A DNA stretch of 64,000 nucleotides from an uncultured Gemmatimonadales bacterium (GTDB taxonomy: Bacteria > Gemmatimonadota > Gemmatimonadetes > Gemmatimonadales > Gemmatimonadaceae). Position numbers and translations under genes: made by a program. Below the pieces are notes generated by a model, which was not told the origin of the DNA, did no database searches, and saw nothing but the letters and a program-made list of their open reading frames with translations. This document shows positions 38,660 through 47,437 of this stretch, one piece after another (positions within the stretch are counted from its first letter, which is position 1; each line of letters starts with the position of its first letter). The stretch is taken from assembly GCA_963850905.1 (NCBI GenBank), contig CAWKMU010000003.1:2976001-3040000 (forward strand), given 5' to 3'.

Positions 38660-39772
38660 TTACGTCCGTGCTGCTGTCGGCAATCGCTTTTTCGATATCT
38701 TGACCAACACGGTGTAATCGGGGTCGACGATCTGTATGATCGGCGCCTTCGCGTTCTGTGAGACGAACTGATACGCGTCGACATCGGAGAGGCCAGTCGT
38801 GTCGCGCACCCATTCCACCATCGCCTTGAACGCGATCCGTGCTGCATCTTCGAGCGGGCGGCCCGTGCCGACGAACATCACTTCGTCGGCGTTCTCGATG
38901 CGCGGAATCGCCGCGTATTTGCCTTTCACGACGTCCACGACCACCTCGACGTTCATGGCGCCCTCGATCGCTGCGCCCATGATCTCTCCGTCGCCCATGG
39001 CGTAATGGCCGTCACCAAACGACACGAGACCACCGGGCGCGTTGACTCCGAGGTACACCGTGTTGCCCGCGCGCACTTCCGGGCAGTCCATGTTGCCGCC
39101 GAAGGTACCGGGCCACAGCGTCGTCCGTACTTCACCTGCTGCGGGGGCAACTCCCAGACATCCGAGGAACGGCGCGAGCGGCACTTCCCACGCGAATTTC
39201 CCATTCTGAGAGGTTGAGCGAGCGACGCCTCGCTGGGCGTCGACTTCGTACCGCCACGTCGCCTCGGGAAAGCTCGGCCCGAGCATCGCGGTCTTGTCGG
39301 TGCCGACCAGCGCGCCGAAGCCCGGCGAAAAAGACGACACCGCCCAGGTGCGAGCCGGCTCCAACTTGACGAAATGAATGGCAAGACTGTCGCCCGGTTG
39401 TGCGCCTTCGACAAAGAACGGCCCCGTCTGCGGGTTGTCGTGGCCGGGCGGCATCACCTTTGACGGAAGGTCGGCCGGTGTCTTGACCAAGCCGTAGAAG
39501 CAGTCCTCGGTCCACGTGATGATCCGCGTGCCGGGCTGGATGTGCTGCAAGGGCTTGGCGCCGCCAAACGTAAAGACCAGCTCCTCGTGCTTTGGCGTCC
39601 AGCGGAGGACCGATCCGTTCTCGGGCGTCGCAACGGTACCGGCGGCCGTCGACGTGGTGGGGGTGGCGTCGGCCATGAGACTCCCGTCGCTTTGCTCCGT
39701 GCCTCGGCAGGCGGCGACTACGCCAAGAACACCAAGGGGGGCACGGACCACGAACTCCCTGCGTGTGTGCAC
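38660..39772 (-). CDS. Acetamidase/formamidase family protein with Tat-lipoprotein signal
   Basis: GTG start with GGAGA RBS; TRREFV...VAAC signal; NPQTGPFFVEGA.PGD, PFLG..GVAP, GGNMD and GDGH..MGDGE motifs. Confidence 0.88.
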   Translation of the reverse strand: MHTRREFVVRAPLGVLGVVAACRGTEQSDGSLMADATPTTSTAAGTVATPENGSVLRWTPKHEELVFTFGGAKPLQHIQPGTRIITWTEDCFYGLVKTPADLPSKVMPPGHDNPQTGPFFVEGAQPGDSLAIHFVKLEPARTWAVSSFSPGFGALVGTDKTAMLGPSFPEATWRYEVDAQRGVARSTSQNGKFAWEVPLAPFLGCLGVAPAAGEVRTTLWPGTFGGNMDCPEVRAGNTVYLGVNAPGGLVSFGDGHYAMGDGEIMGAAIEGAMNVEVVVDVVKGKYAAIPRIENADEVMFVGTGRPLEDAARIAFKAMVEWVRDTTGLSDVDAYQFVSQNAKAPIIQIVDPDYTVLVKISKKRLPTAART

Positions 39773-39884
39773 GGTGCGGTCTCCGAGAGGGAAGTGATGC
39801 TCCAATATTGCATCAATGATCGGCTGCGGGCGGCCAATGCGCCATTGACGCCGTCCGGCTCTCACGCACCCACGAGCACCCGGG

Positions 39885-41033
39885 TCAGGGTGTCGGCAGA
39901 CGAAGCTCCGAGGGGTGGTGCGGGTTGCCACCAGACGGCGTCGCGATCACGTGGCTCGTGTCTGGGTGGGCGGGGTCGATCCATCGCATTTGGGTCGACG
40001 TTCCTGACTCGGAGACGAAGAGGATGCGCCCATCGCTCAGCCAGGCCGGCTCCCCTGCGGGGCTGGCTGTCGTCGTGATGGGCGCGACGGCGTCGGTCGC
40101 GACGGATAGCACGAAAATGCCGAGCGAGCCATTGCGAGTCGACGCGAACGCGATCGTCTGCCCGTCACTGCTCCACGCCGGGCTGAGATCGGTGGTCGTG
40201 CCCGTCGTGAGCGCGACTTCCTGAGTCGCACCCAGCGTAATGCGGACCAACGCGGGGTTGTTGAACTCGGTGCTCATTACGGCGACCGTGTCGCCGGCCG
40301 GAGACCACGTGGGGTTGCTCTGCAGCGCGCCTTGGAAAGCAGAGCTCCCGAGGACAACCGCCGCGCTGGTGCCATTGGCCGCCGAGGTCCAGAGATGATC
40401 GGTCCCGCCGGAGGGAGAGATGAACGCCAGCTTCATCCCGTCTCGCGACAGGGCGGCCTGAGACGCGGACGCCGGCGCGGCAGTGAGACGCGTCTCGGTG
40501 CCGCCGGTCACGGGCACGGTGTACAGGGCCGCGTAGCCATCGCGATAGCTGGTGAAGATCACCTGTGTCGGACTCGACGTGGGTTGCTCGTTGTCCGCCG
40601 TGGCTGACGTGAGCCGAGTGAGATCTCGACCATCTAGCGTCTCCCGGTACACGTCACGGTTCCCCAAACCACCGGAGTCTTGCAAATCGAAAACGACGGT
40701 TGGGGGCATCGCAACATGGAGGGGGAGGCCGGTCGTACTCGAGCGAAAGCGTGCCGTAATCGTGACGCCGCCCGTGTCCGTCAGCTGAGCAACACCCCCG
40801 GGAAGGATGGCGACCGCCGATGCGGGGCTCCCCGTCCAGACCACATCGCCCGTTGGCACCGGCATGCCACCCTGAAGCAGGGCGAGCGACAGCGTCGCCC
40901 CGCGCTCGAGGTAGCCAGTCGCCACGATTCGATAGGCGGGTGCCGTGGGATCCCCGCAGGCGCAAGCAGCGAGCGCCACCGTCGCGGCGATCCAATGGTG
41001 TGCCCGAGTGCTTCGAACGCTGTACCGGCTCAT
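39885..41033 (-). CDS. TolB-like (PD40 repeat) beta-propeller lipoprotein
   Basis: LAAC lipobox; repeats PTWSPAG, PAWSSDG..IAFAS.R.G and PAWLSDG. Confidence 0.85.
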   Translation of the reverse strand: MSRYSVRSTRAHHWIAATVALAACACGDPTAPAYRIVATGYLERGATLSLALLQGGMPVPTGDVVWTGSPASAVAILPGGVAQLTDTGGVTITARFRSSTTGLPLHVAMPPTVVFDLQDSGGLGNRDVYRETLDGRDLTRLTSATADNEQPTSSPTQVIFTSYRDGYAALYTVPVTGGTETRLTAAPASASQAALSRDGMKLAFISPSGGTDHLWTSAANGTSAAVVLGSSAFQGALQSNPTWSPAGDTVAVMSTEFNNPALVRITLGATQEVALTTGTTTDLSPAWSSDGQTIAFASTRNGSLGIFVLSVATDAVAPITTTASPAGEPAWLSDGRILFVSESGTSTQMRWIDPAHPDTSHVIATPSGGNPHHPSELRLPTP

Positions 41034-41208
41034 CGTATCGTCTCTGGCCCCTGACCCCACGGCCGCGAAGCGCCCGTCCCCGACCCGCGGCTCACTTTCC
41101 TAGTGAAGGACGGCCGAGCGTGGAAGCCGTGACGGCGCAGGGTCCCGTCGCTCGCCCGGGTGTCACGCAGACTGCGCAGGATGGTCCGCGTGAATAGAAT
41201 TGGTCGAT

Positions 41209-42030
41209 GTGGAGTTCAGTGATCTCGATCTCGCTCGGCGGTTGGAACGGGCCGAAGCCGATGGCGGTGCCAGCTTTGTCGACGCGCGCAGGCGCCTGTC
41301 CCCTGATTGCGGTGCGCAGTGGATCGAGGTCGCCGGCGCGAAGGCGATGTTTGACGGCCCGACCTCGCCGATCACACAGACGTTCGGCCTTGGCCTCCAG
41401 GCGGATCCGACTGACAACGACCTTCGGCGTCTCGAAACCTTCTTCCAGGATCGGGGAGCGCCCGTCTGTCACGAAGTCAGCCCGCTCGCAGGCATACGGC
41501 TCGCTGGTCGCCTCTGCGACCGGGGCTATCGGCCAATCGAGGTCACGAGCGTCATGTACCAGCCGCTGCCCGCGTCCGACGCACCCGCTGCCGTCGCTGC
41601 GCTTCGCACGCGCGTCGTTGCGTACAGCGAAACGGGGCTCTGGTCCCAGCTGTCCGCGCGCGGCTGGTCCGAGCACCCGAACCTGCATGACTTCCTGCTC
41701 GGCATGGGCCAGGTCGCCGCAGTGAGCGTGGGATCGATCGCATTGCTCGCCGAGCTGGATGGCACGCCTGTGGCGACAGCCATCCTGAGATGCCATGACG
41801 GAGTCGCTCTGTTTGGCGGCGCATCGACCGTCCCGGAAGCGCGACGCCATGGCGCGCAGCAGGCTCTGCTCCATGCCCGCGTGGAGCTGGCGGTGCGGGA
41901 GGGCTGTGACCTCGCTATGATCTGTGCGGAACCCGGCAGCGCGAGTCAGCGGAACGCGGAGCGGCACGGATTCCGCATCGCCTACACGCGAACGAAGTGG
42001 CAGCTTCCACCCGGTGATCGCACCGCCTGA
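41209..42030 (+). CDS. GNAT-family acetyltransferase
   Basis: ASTVPEARRHGAQ acetyl-CoA motif; PGSASQRNAERHGF. Confidence 0.85.
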   Translation: MEFSDLDLARRLERAEADGGASFVDARRRLSPDCGAQWIEVAGAKAMFDGPTSPITQTFGLGLQADPTDNDLRRLETFFQDRGAPVCHEVSPLAGIRLAGRLCDRGYRPIEVTSVMYQPLPASDAPAAVAALRTRVVAYSETGLWSQLSARGWSEHPNLHDFLLGMGQVAAVSVGSIALLAELDGTPVATAILRCHDGVALFGGASTVPEARRHGAQQALLHARVELAVREGCDLAMICAEPGSASQRNAERHGFRIAYTRTKWQLPPGDRTA

Positions 42031-42135
42031 GTCAGGTGGCCGATCGTATCATTTCGCAGAAGTACCCCATCACATTCACCCCTCATCGAGGCGCTTCGGC
42101 TCCTGGCGTGCGGCAGGCGAGTGGAGCGTGTACAC

Positions 42136-43128
42136 ATGGAACGCGTCAAACTCGGGTCACAGGGTGCGGTCGTGTCGCGTATGGGACTCGGCTGCATGGG
42201 AATGAGTGAGTTCTACGGCCCACGCGACGACCGCGAGTCTGCGGCGACCATCCTCCGAGGCCTCGATCTGGGCATCACCTTCCTCGATACGGCCGACGCG
42301 TACGGCATCGGCGACAATGAGGAACTCGTCGGGAAGACGATTCGTGATCGGCGAGACGAGGTCTTTCTCGCGACGAAGTTTGCGAATATCCGCACGAAGG
42401 CCGATCCCACTCGCTGGGGGATCAGCGGCAAGCCAGAATACGTCCGCGCGGCGTGCGACGCCTCACTCAAGCGATTGGGGGTCGATCATATCGATCTCTA
42501 CTACCAGCACCGCGTCGATCCGGCCACGCCGATCGAGGAGACGGTCGGTGCGATGGCGGAGCTGGTGGCGGCCGGCAAAGTGAAGTACCTGGGTCTCTCG
42601 GAAGCGTCTGCTGCGACGATTCGGCGGGCACATGCCGTGCACCCCATTACCGCGCTGCAAACTGAATACTCCCTCTGGGAGCGGCACGTCGAAGCGGAGA
42701 TTTTGCCAACGGTGCGGGATTTGGGGATCGGGTTCGTCGCGTATAGCCCGCTCGGGCGGGGTTTCCTCGCCGGCCGGATCACCAAGCCGAGCGATCTCGC
42801 GGATAGCGACACCCGACCACAGCGCTTCCCTCGGTTTGCGGAAGGGGCGTTCGACAAGAATCGTGCGCTGGTGGACAGGTTGCAGACCGTTGCGACTCGC
42901 CGCGGCGTGACGGCCGGCCAGCTGGCCTTGGCGTGGCTCCTTGCTCGGGGACGCGACATTGTTCCCATCCCGGGCACCAAACGCCGTGCGTACCTCGAGG
43001 AAAACGCTGCCGCCGCCGACATCCAATTGACGTCCGCTCAGATTGGAGAGCTCGAGACGGCCGTGCCGGAGAAGGAGGTCGTGGGTCAGCGGTACCCCGC
43101 GCCCGCCATGCAGGCAATCGATCGCTGA
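42136..43128 (+). CDS. Aldo/keto reductase
   Basis: [38 protein letters not shown] and PIPGT motifs. Confidence 0.93.
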   Translation: MERVKLGSQGAVVSRMGLGCMGMSEFYGPRDDRESAATILRGLDLGITFLDTADAYGIGDNEELVGKTIRDRRDEVFLATKFANIRTKADPTRWGISGKPEYVRAACDASLKRLGVDHIDLYYQHRVDPATPIEETVGAMAELVAAGKVKYLGLSEASAATIRRAHAVHPITALQTEYSLWERHVEAEILPTVRDLGIGFVAYSPLGRGFLAGRITKPSDLADSDTRPQRFPRFAEGAFDKNRALVDRLQTVATRRGVTAGQLALAWLLARGRDIVPIPGTKRRAYLEENAAAADIQLTSAQIGELETAVPEKEVVGQRYPAPAMQAIDR

Positions 43129-43159
43129 GGAGTGGCGAACCTTTCTGGGAGGATGACTC

Positions 43160-43555
43160 GTGCGGCTTGTCGCAGCGATCGGCGTTGGCAGTGCAATCGG
43201 CGGTATCGTGCGGTTTTTGCTTGGAAGCGCGATCCAGCAGCGCGCTGGCGCGGACTTCCCCCTTGGTACGTTCATCATCAACGTGACGGGCAGCCTCTTG
43301 GTCGGGTTCCTCGTGCGCTACGCGCTGGGAACTCCGGCGATCAGTGCAGAGCTCCGGGCGATGTTGACGACGGGTTTTTGCGGTGGCTACACGACCTTCT
43401 CGACGTTCAGCTACGAGACCGCCACCCTCCTCGAGGACGGTGATCATCTTCGAGCCGCACTGTATGTCGTCTCGAGTGTGGTCGCCGGCCTCCTGGCGGT
43501 CTTCCTCGGATTCGCGGCAGCGCACGCGCTGCTCGGGTTTCAGGAACGAGCCTGA
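43160..43555 (+). CDS. crcB: Fluoride efflux channel CrcB/FluC
   Basis: 131 aa with 4 TM helices; GG..RF, FPLGTFIINV.G and GFCGGYTTFSTF motifs. Confidence 0.93.
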   Translation: MRLVAAIGVGSAIGGIVRFLLGSAIQQRAGADFPLGTFIINVTGSLLVGFLVRYALGTPAISAELRAMLTTGFCGGYTTFSTFSYETATLLEDGDHLRAALYVVSSVVAGLLAVFLGFAAAHALLGFQERA

Positions 43556-43562
43556 TCGGAGA

Positions 43563-44807
43563 TCATGATTCGTGGGAGAGGGCTCGGGGTAGCCAAAGGG
43601 TAAAGACCGAGCCAGCGCCGAGCGTGCTATCGACCGTGATGTCTCCCCCCATGAGGCGCGCCAGCCGACGGCTGATGGTCAAGCCAAGCCCGGTGCCGGC
43701 CGCCCGAGCCGCCAGGCTTGACGTGCCTTGTGTGAATGGCTCGAACACGAGGTCCAGCTGGTCGGGATGGATGCCGACACCGGTGTCGGCGACACGCACA
43801 CACACCCAGCGGTTGGTGTTCCCGACGCCGCTCGCGCCGCGCCTGGGTGGACCGTCCCCTGAGACGGCAGCACAGTCCACGACAATGCGTCCGCCTGGGT
43901 TGGTGAACTTGATGGCGTTCGACAGCAGGTTGACGACGATCTGCCGAACCCGTCGGGCGTCGCCCACGTACCAGATATCCTCCGCGGCCGGGCAGCTGCA
44001 GTCCAGGAACAGTTGGCGCACGTCTGCCATCGGCCGGACGACCGTGCAGGACTCGCCGGCGACCTGCGCCAGCGCCTCGGCCTCGCAGGCCACGGTGATG
44101 CGTTGCGCCTCGACCTTCGCGAGATCCAGGAGGTCGCTGACCAGGCCGCTCAGGTGGCGGCTCGACACCGTGATGCGCTTCACGTGCTGCTGCTGGCGAG
44201 GGGTCAGCGGGCCGTCGATCCCCTCCTGGAGCAGCTCCGCATAGCCCAATACGGCGTTGATCGGCGTACGGATCTCATGGCTCATGGCGGCCAGGAACTG
44301 CGACTTGGCGGCGTTTGCGCGTTCAGCTTCGGCGCGCGCTTGATCGGCCTCGGTGCGCGCACGCTCGGCGTCCGCTGTCACGCGCCAGAGCTCTTCATTC
44401 GCGCGTGCCAGCTCGCTGGCATGGTACGAGGCTGTGGCCGTGGCACGCTCGGCATGCTGACGCGCCGCCCGGAGCGACTTCGTCAAGGCGCTGGCGACAT
44501 ATGAGACGATGGCGAACGCCACGAGACAGAGGACGTCAGCCGGCCGCTCGAGTCGCAACGAATGGGTCGGTCGCAGGACGAAATACGTGACACCTACGAT
44601 GCCAATGGCGGTGGCGAGCAGCGCAGGGCCGAAGCCATAGTAGAGTGCGGTGAGCGCTACGGCTACGTAGAAAAACACGAATGGCGTGCGGTCGGCGTAG
44701 CGCACCGTTTCCAACGTCAAAACCAGGGCCGTTGCTGCAATGGCCGCGGCACCGGCGTACCGGACATCGGCCACGCGTCGCAGCATCATGGTCGTCGCGA
44801 GTCGCAT
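43563..44807 (-). CDS. Membrane sensor histidine kinase (DUF4118-like TM region, HisKA, HATPase)
   Basis: AKSQFLAAMSHEIRTP H-box, NLLSNAIKFT, DTGVGI and GTGLGL motifs. Start uncertain (44786-44894). No adjacent response regulator. Confidence 0.9.
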   Translation of the reverse strand: MRLATTMMLRRVADVRYAGAAAIAATALVLTLETVRYADRTPFVFFYVAVALTALYYGFGPALLATAIGIVGVTYFVLRPTHSLRLERPADVLCLVAFAIVSYVASALTKSLRAARQHAERATATASYHASELARANEELWRVTADAERARTEADQARAEAERANAAKSQFLAAMSHEIRTPINAVLGYAELLQEGIDGPLTPRQQQHVKRITVSSRHLSGLVSDLLDLAKVEAQRITVACEAEALAQVAGESCTVVRPMADVRQLFLDCSCPAAEDIWYVGDARRVRQIVVNLLSNAIKFTNPGGRIVVDCAAVSGDGPPRRGASGVGNTNRWVCVRVADTGVGIHPDQLDLVFEPFTQGTSSLAARAAGTGLGLTISRRLARLMGGDITVDSTLGAGSVFTLWLPRALSHES

Positions 44808-45067
44808 ATCTGCTCGGGCTAAGAGTAGCACCACCTGGCGCGACGTCGCAGACTGCGGTGAGCCGCGCCATGCGGGTGATGCATGGTCCCCCATGGAATA
44901 TAGTGCCGGGCTCGGCTAGGGCCTCGGACTCGCGGGGTCGCGGGCCGGTGCCCGGCGGTGTGCGAGGTGGGTCCCGTTCGAGAGGTTGTCGCCAGACCCT
45001 CGGCCTGTGTGCGGCCCCAGCCGAGTCAGGAGCAATCGCGGCCAACGTCGGCTGGGTCGGCGCAAAT

Positions 45068-45108
45068 GACCGACCACGGACCGGTAGGGGCGACGCTTCA
45101 CGTCGCCC
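45068..45108 (+). repeat. GTAG-type REP with conserved 5' flank
   Basis: GACCGACCACGGACCGGTAGGGGCGACGC matches 21438-21466 at 28 of 29 nt. Confidence 0.8.
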
Positions 45109-45243
45109 ACTTCACACTGCGGCAATCCGAGATGGCAAGGGCGGGTGTCTGTATGAGCGGGAGGGCGGTCCGCAGTCCGGCCTCGAGTGCGTCGCGGAAA
45201 CCGGACCGGCCGGTCGTCCTCCCGAAACGATCATTCATCACCT

Positions 45244-45281
45244 GTAGATTGGGGACGGCACCAGGGTAGATTGGATCCAAT
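45244..45281. promoter_or_regulatory. Candidate operator upstream of the propeller/multicopper oxidase operon
   Basis: Direct repeat GTAGATTGG at 45244 and 45266 (22-bp period) overlapping the perfect palindrome ATTGGATCCAAT (45270-45281). Confidence 0.45.
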
Positions 45282-45419
45282 AACTGGCGCGGCCGCTCAG
45301 CCTGATGGGATGCCGCGCGTCGAGACTGGTGGCGGGCACCGCGGCGCGGCCCCCCCATCGCCTCGACTTTTCGGCGCGGCAGGGCACGACCCGCTGTGCC
45401 ATCCATCCGAGGAGGTTCG

Positions 45420-46886
45420 ATGCGCGGAGTTCTGGCCGGTCTGGCTATCGTTGGCCTTGCGAGCACATTGGGAGCGCAGGATCCCGGCTCGGCGGTGAAG
45501 TCGGCCGACAAGAAAGTGGGCGGTAGTCCCAGCGTGGAGCTGCTGGCGCACGTCGTCACACATCCGGGGACGTGGAAGGCGGCCGACGTCGAGATGGAGC
45601 AGGATCCCGGTCGGCCGTATGTATACGTGTCCGGCTTCGTGAACTCCGACATGCAGATCTGGGACGTGCGCGATGAGCACCATCCCAAGAAGATTTACGA
45701 CTGGACGATCGAACACCCGGAGCTGCACAACGGCATCGGGGCAATGGACGGCAAGTACTTCAGGATTGGGAACCGCTACTACTACGCGCAGTCATACCAG
45801 TTTTTCCAAGGCAGCCCGGACGCCGACCTCGGGGCCGTCATCTTCGATGTGACGGGGCTGCCGGACACGAGCACCGTGAAGGTCGTCGCGCGGATTCGCT
45901 ACCCTGCGTCGCCGATGGGCTTCCACAACACGTTCGCGTACAAACACTCTGATGGACGCGTGCTCTACTTTGCCACGACGCAGCAGCCACAGGCCCTGAT
46001 CTACGATCTGAACAAAGTGGTCAGCGGCGCCGACTCGAGCACGTGGCTCATCGGCAAGGTGCCCAACCCGACGCCGTTCAAGCAGATCATGGGCGGCGGC
46101 TACCACGACTTTTACGTCGGGTACGATCCGGTCACGCACCAGGACAAGTTCTACGGCGCGGGGCTGGGTGGGTATTCGGTGTGGGATGTCTCGCACCCGG
46201 AGACGCCAAAGGAGATGTTCACGATCACGGGGCTGGGTTACGACGTCGCCCACACCTTCACCCCGTCGCCCGATGGTAGGTATGCGGTGACCGAGACAGA
46301 GTACCAGTACACACCCTTGCGCATTTGGGATCTGCGCGCTGCGCAAGACTCCGCCCAAAAGGGCAAGATCAGCAACATCGATTTGCCCATCAGCGGCTGG
46401 ACTGCAGACTGGCGCGATCTCTCGCACAACCACGAGGTTCGCTGGCCCTACGTCTTCGTTTCCGCGTACGAGGACGGTCTGCAGATCTTCGACCTCAGGA
46501 ACCCGTTGCAGCCGAAGACCGACGGCTACTACTACACCTGCGTGACCCCTGGGACAGTGCAGGTGGCGAGCATCGCCGGCCCGCCGAAGATGCCGGGAGT
46601 GACACCCTGCGTCCACCAGCATGGTTTTGGCGGTGGCCCGCAGAACGGTTGGCAGGCTACCAATAGCGTCGAACAGGGCGCGTTCGGCATCGATGTGCGC
46701 AACCGCGATGGTCTTATCGTCATCTCAGACATGCGCAGTGGACTCTGGCTCTTCCACTTGAAGGGCTTCACCGGGTGGAACGGACACACCTACGGCATGC
46801 CGAACATCTCCAGCGTGCAGGACTACGTGCACGGCCCGGAAGGCGCGCCTCCTCCGGCGACGACGGGAGCCAATCCGGGGCAGTGA
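45420..46886 (+). CDS. Secreted LVIVD-type beta-propeller protein with blade histidines
   Basis: GGAGG RBS; signal peptide; repeated QIWDV..P, VIFDV, VWDVSHP, RIWDL and QIFDL.NP blades; FHNT, YHDF, AHTF and SHNH motifs. Confidence 0.8.
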   Translation: MRGVLAGLAIVGLASTLGAQDPGSAVKSADKKVGGSPSVELLAHVVTHPGTWKAADVEMEQDPGRPYVYVSGFVNSDMQIWDVRDEHHPKKIYDWTIEHPELHNGIGAMDGKYFRIGNRYYYAQSYQFFQGSPDADLGAVIFDVTGLPDTSTVKVVARIRYPASPMGFHNTFAYKHSDGRVLYFATTQQPQALIYDLNKVVSGADSSTWLIGKVPNPTPFKQIMGGGYHDFYVGYDPVTHQDKFYGAGLGGYSVWDVSHPETPKEMFTITGLGYDVAHTFTPSPDGRYAVTETEYQYTPLRIWDLRAAQDSAQKGKISNIDLPISGWTADWRDLSHNHEVRWPYVFVSAYEDGLQIFDLRNPLQPKTDGYYYTCVTPGTVQVASIAGPPKMPGVTPCVHQHGFGGGPQNGWQATNSVEQGAFGIDVRNRDGLIVISDMRSGLWLFHLKGFTGWNGHTYGMPNISSVQDYVHGPEGAPPPATTGANPGQ

Positions 46887-47437
46887 TGTCCCCTGTGGGC
46901 CTTCTCCGGAAGGTCGCGGAGGGGTTGCGTGCTCACGGCAATCCCTCCGCGATGCGGCGCGCACCACACGTTGTCGCAGTGCTCGCTGCCGGTAGTCTCG
47001 TGTCGTATGGGCCACGCCTTGGCCCATACGACATCATGCTCTTCTCGACCGCTTCGGCGCCGTCCGCGCAAGGGCGCGCGCGATTGGTCATTGCTGAATC
47101 GCCGTTCGGCATCGCCGTGACGCAGGACGGCCATGCACGCTATGACGTGCAGATCACGATGTCGAAGCTTCCGGCACCATCGACGCTGGGTGCCTACACG
47201 GCGTACGTGGCATGGACCACGACCCCGGACCTGAACCAGTGGGTTCGTCTAGGCGTCGTAACGAACGGAACGACGACCGTCGGGTCCGTCGACTTCAACA
47301 AGTTCATTCTCGTGATCGCGGCCGCCCGCGATTCGGCCTCGACGTTGCACGATGGCCCGACGGTCATGCACGGGACGTCGCCGAGTGGCTGGCTGCAACA
47401 GATGATGACGGCGCCTGTCTTCCACGGCGTCAACTAA
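46886..47437 (+). CDS. Hypothetical exported protein, possibly RskA C-terminal-like beta-sandwich
   Basis: TGATG overlap with the upstream gene and TAATG overlap with the downstream gene; N-terminal hydrophobic stretch; YVAW...LG...F..VI.A...GP.V..G pattern. Confidence 0.7.
   Translation: MSPVGLLRKVAEGLRAHGNPSAMRRAPHVVAVLAAGSLVSYGPRLGPYDIMLFSTASAPSAQGRARLVIAESPFGIAVTQDGHARYDVQITMSKLPAPSTLGAYTAYVAWTTTPDLNQWVRLGVVTNGTTTVGSVDFNKFILVIAAARDSASTLHDGPTVMHGTSPSGWLQQMMTAPVFHGVN

Noticed and set aside
43128..43160. Fluoride riboswitch before crcB
   Set aside because: Only 31 nt of intergenic sequence and no match to the aptamer consensus.
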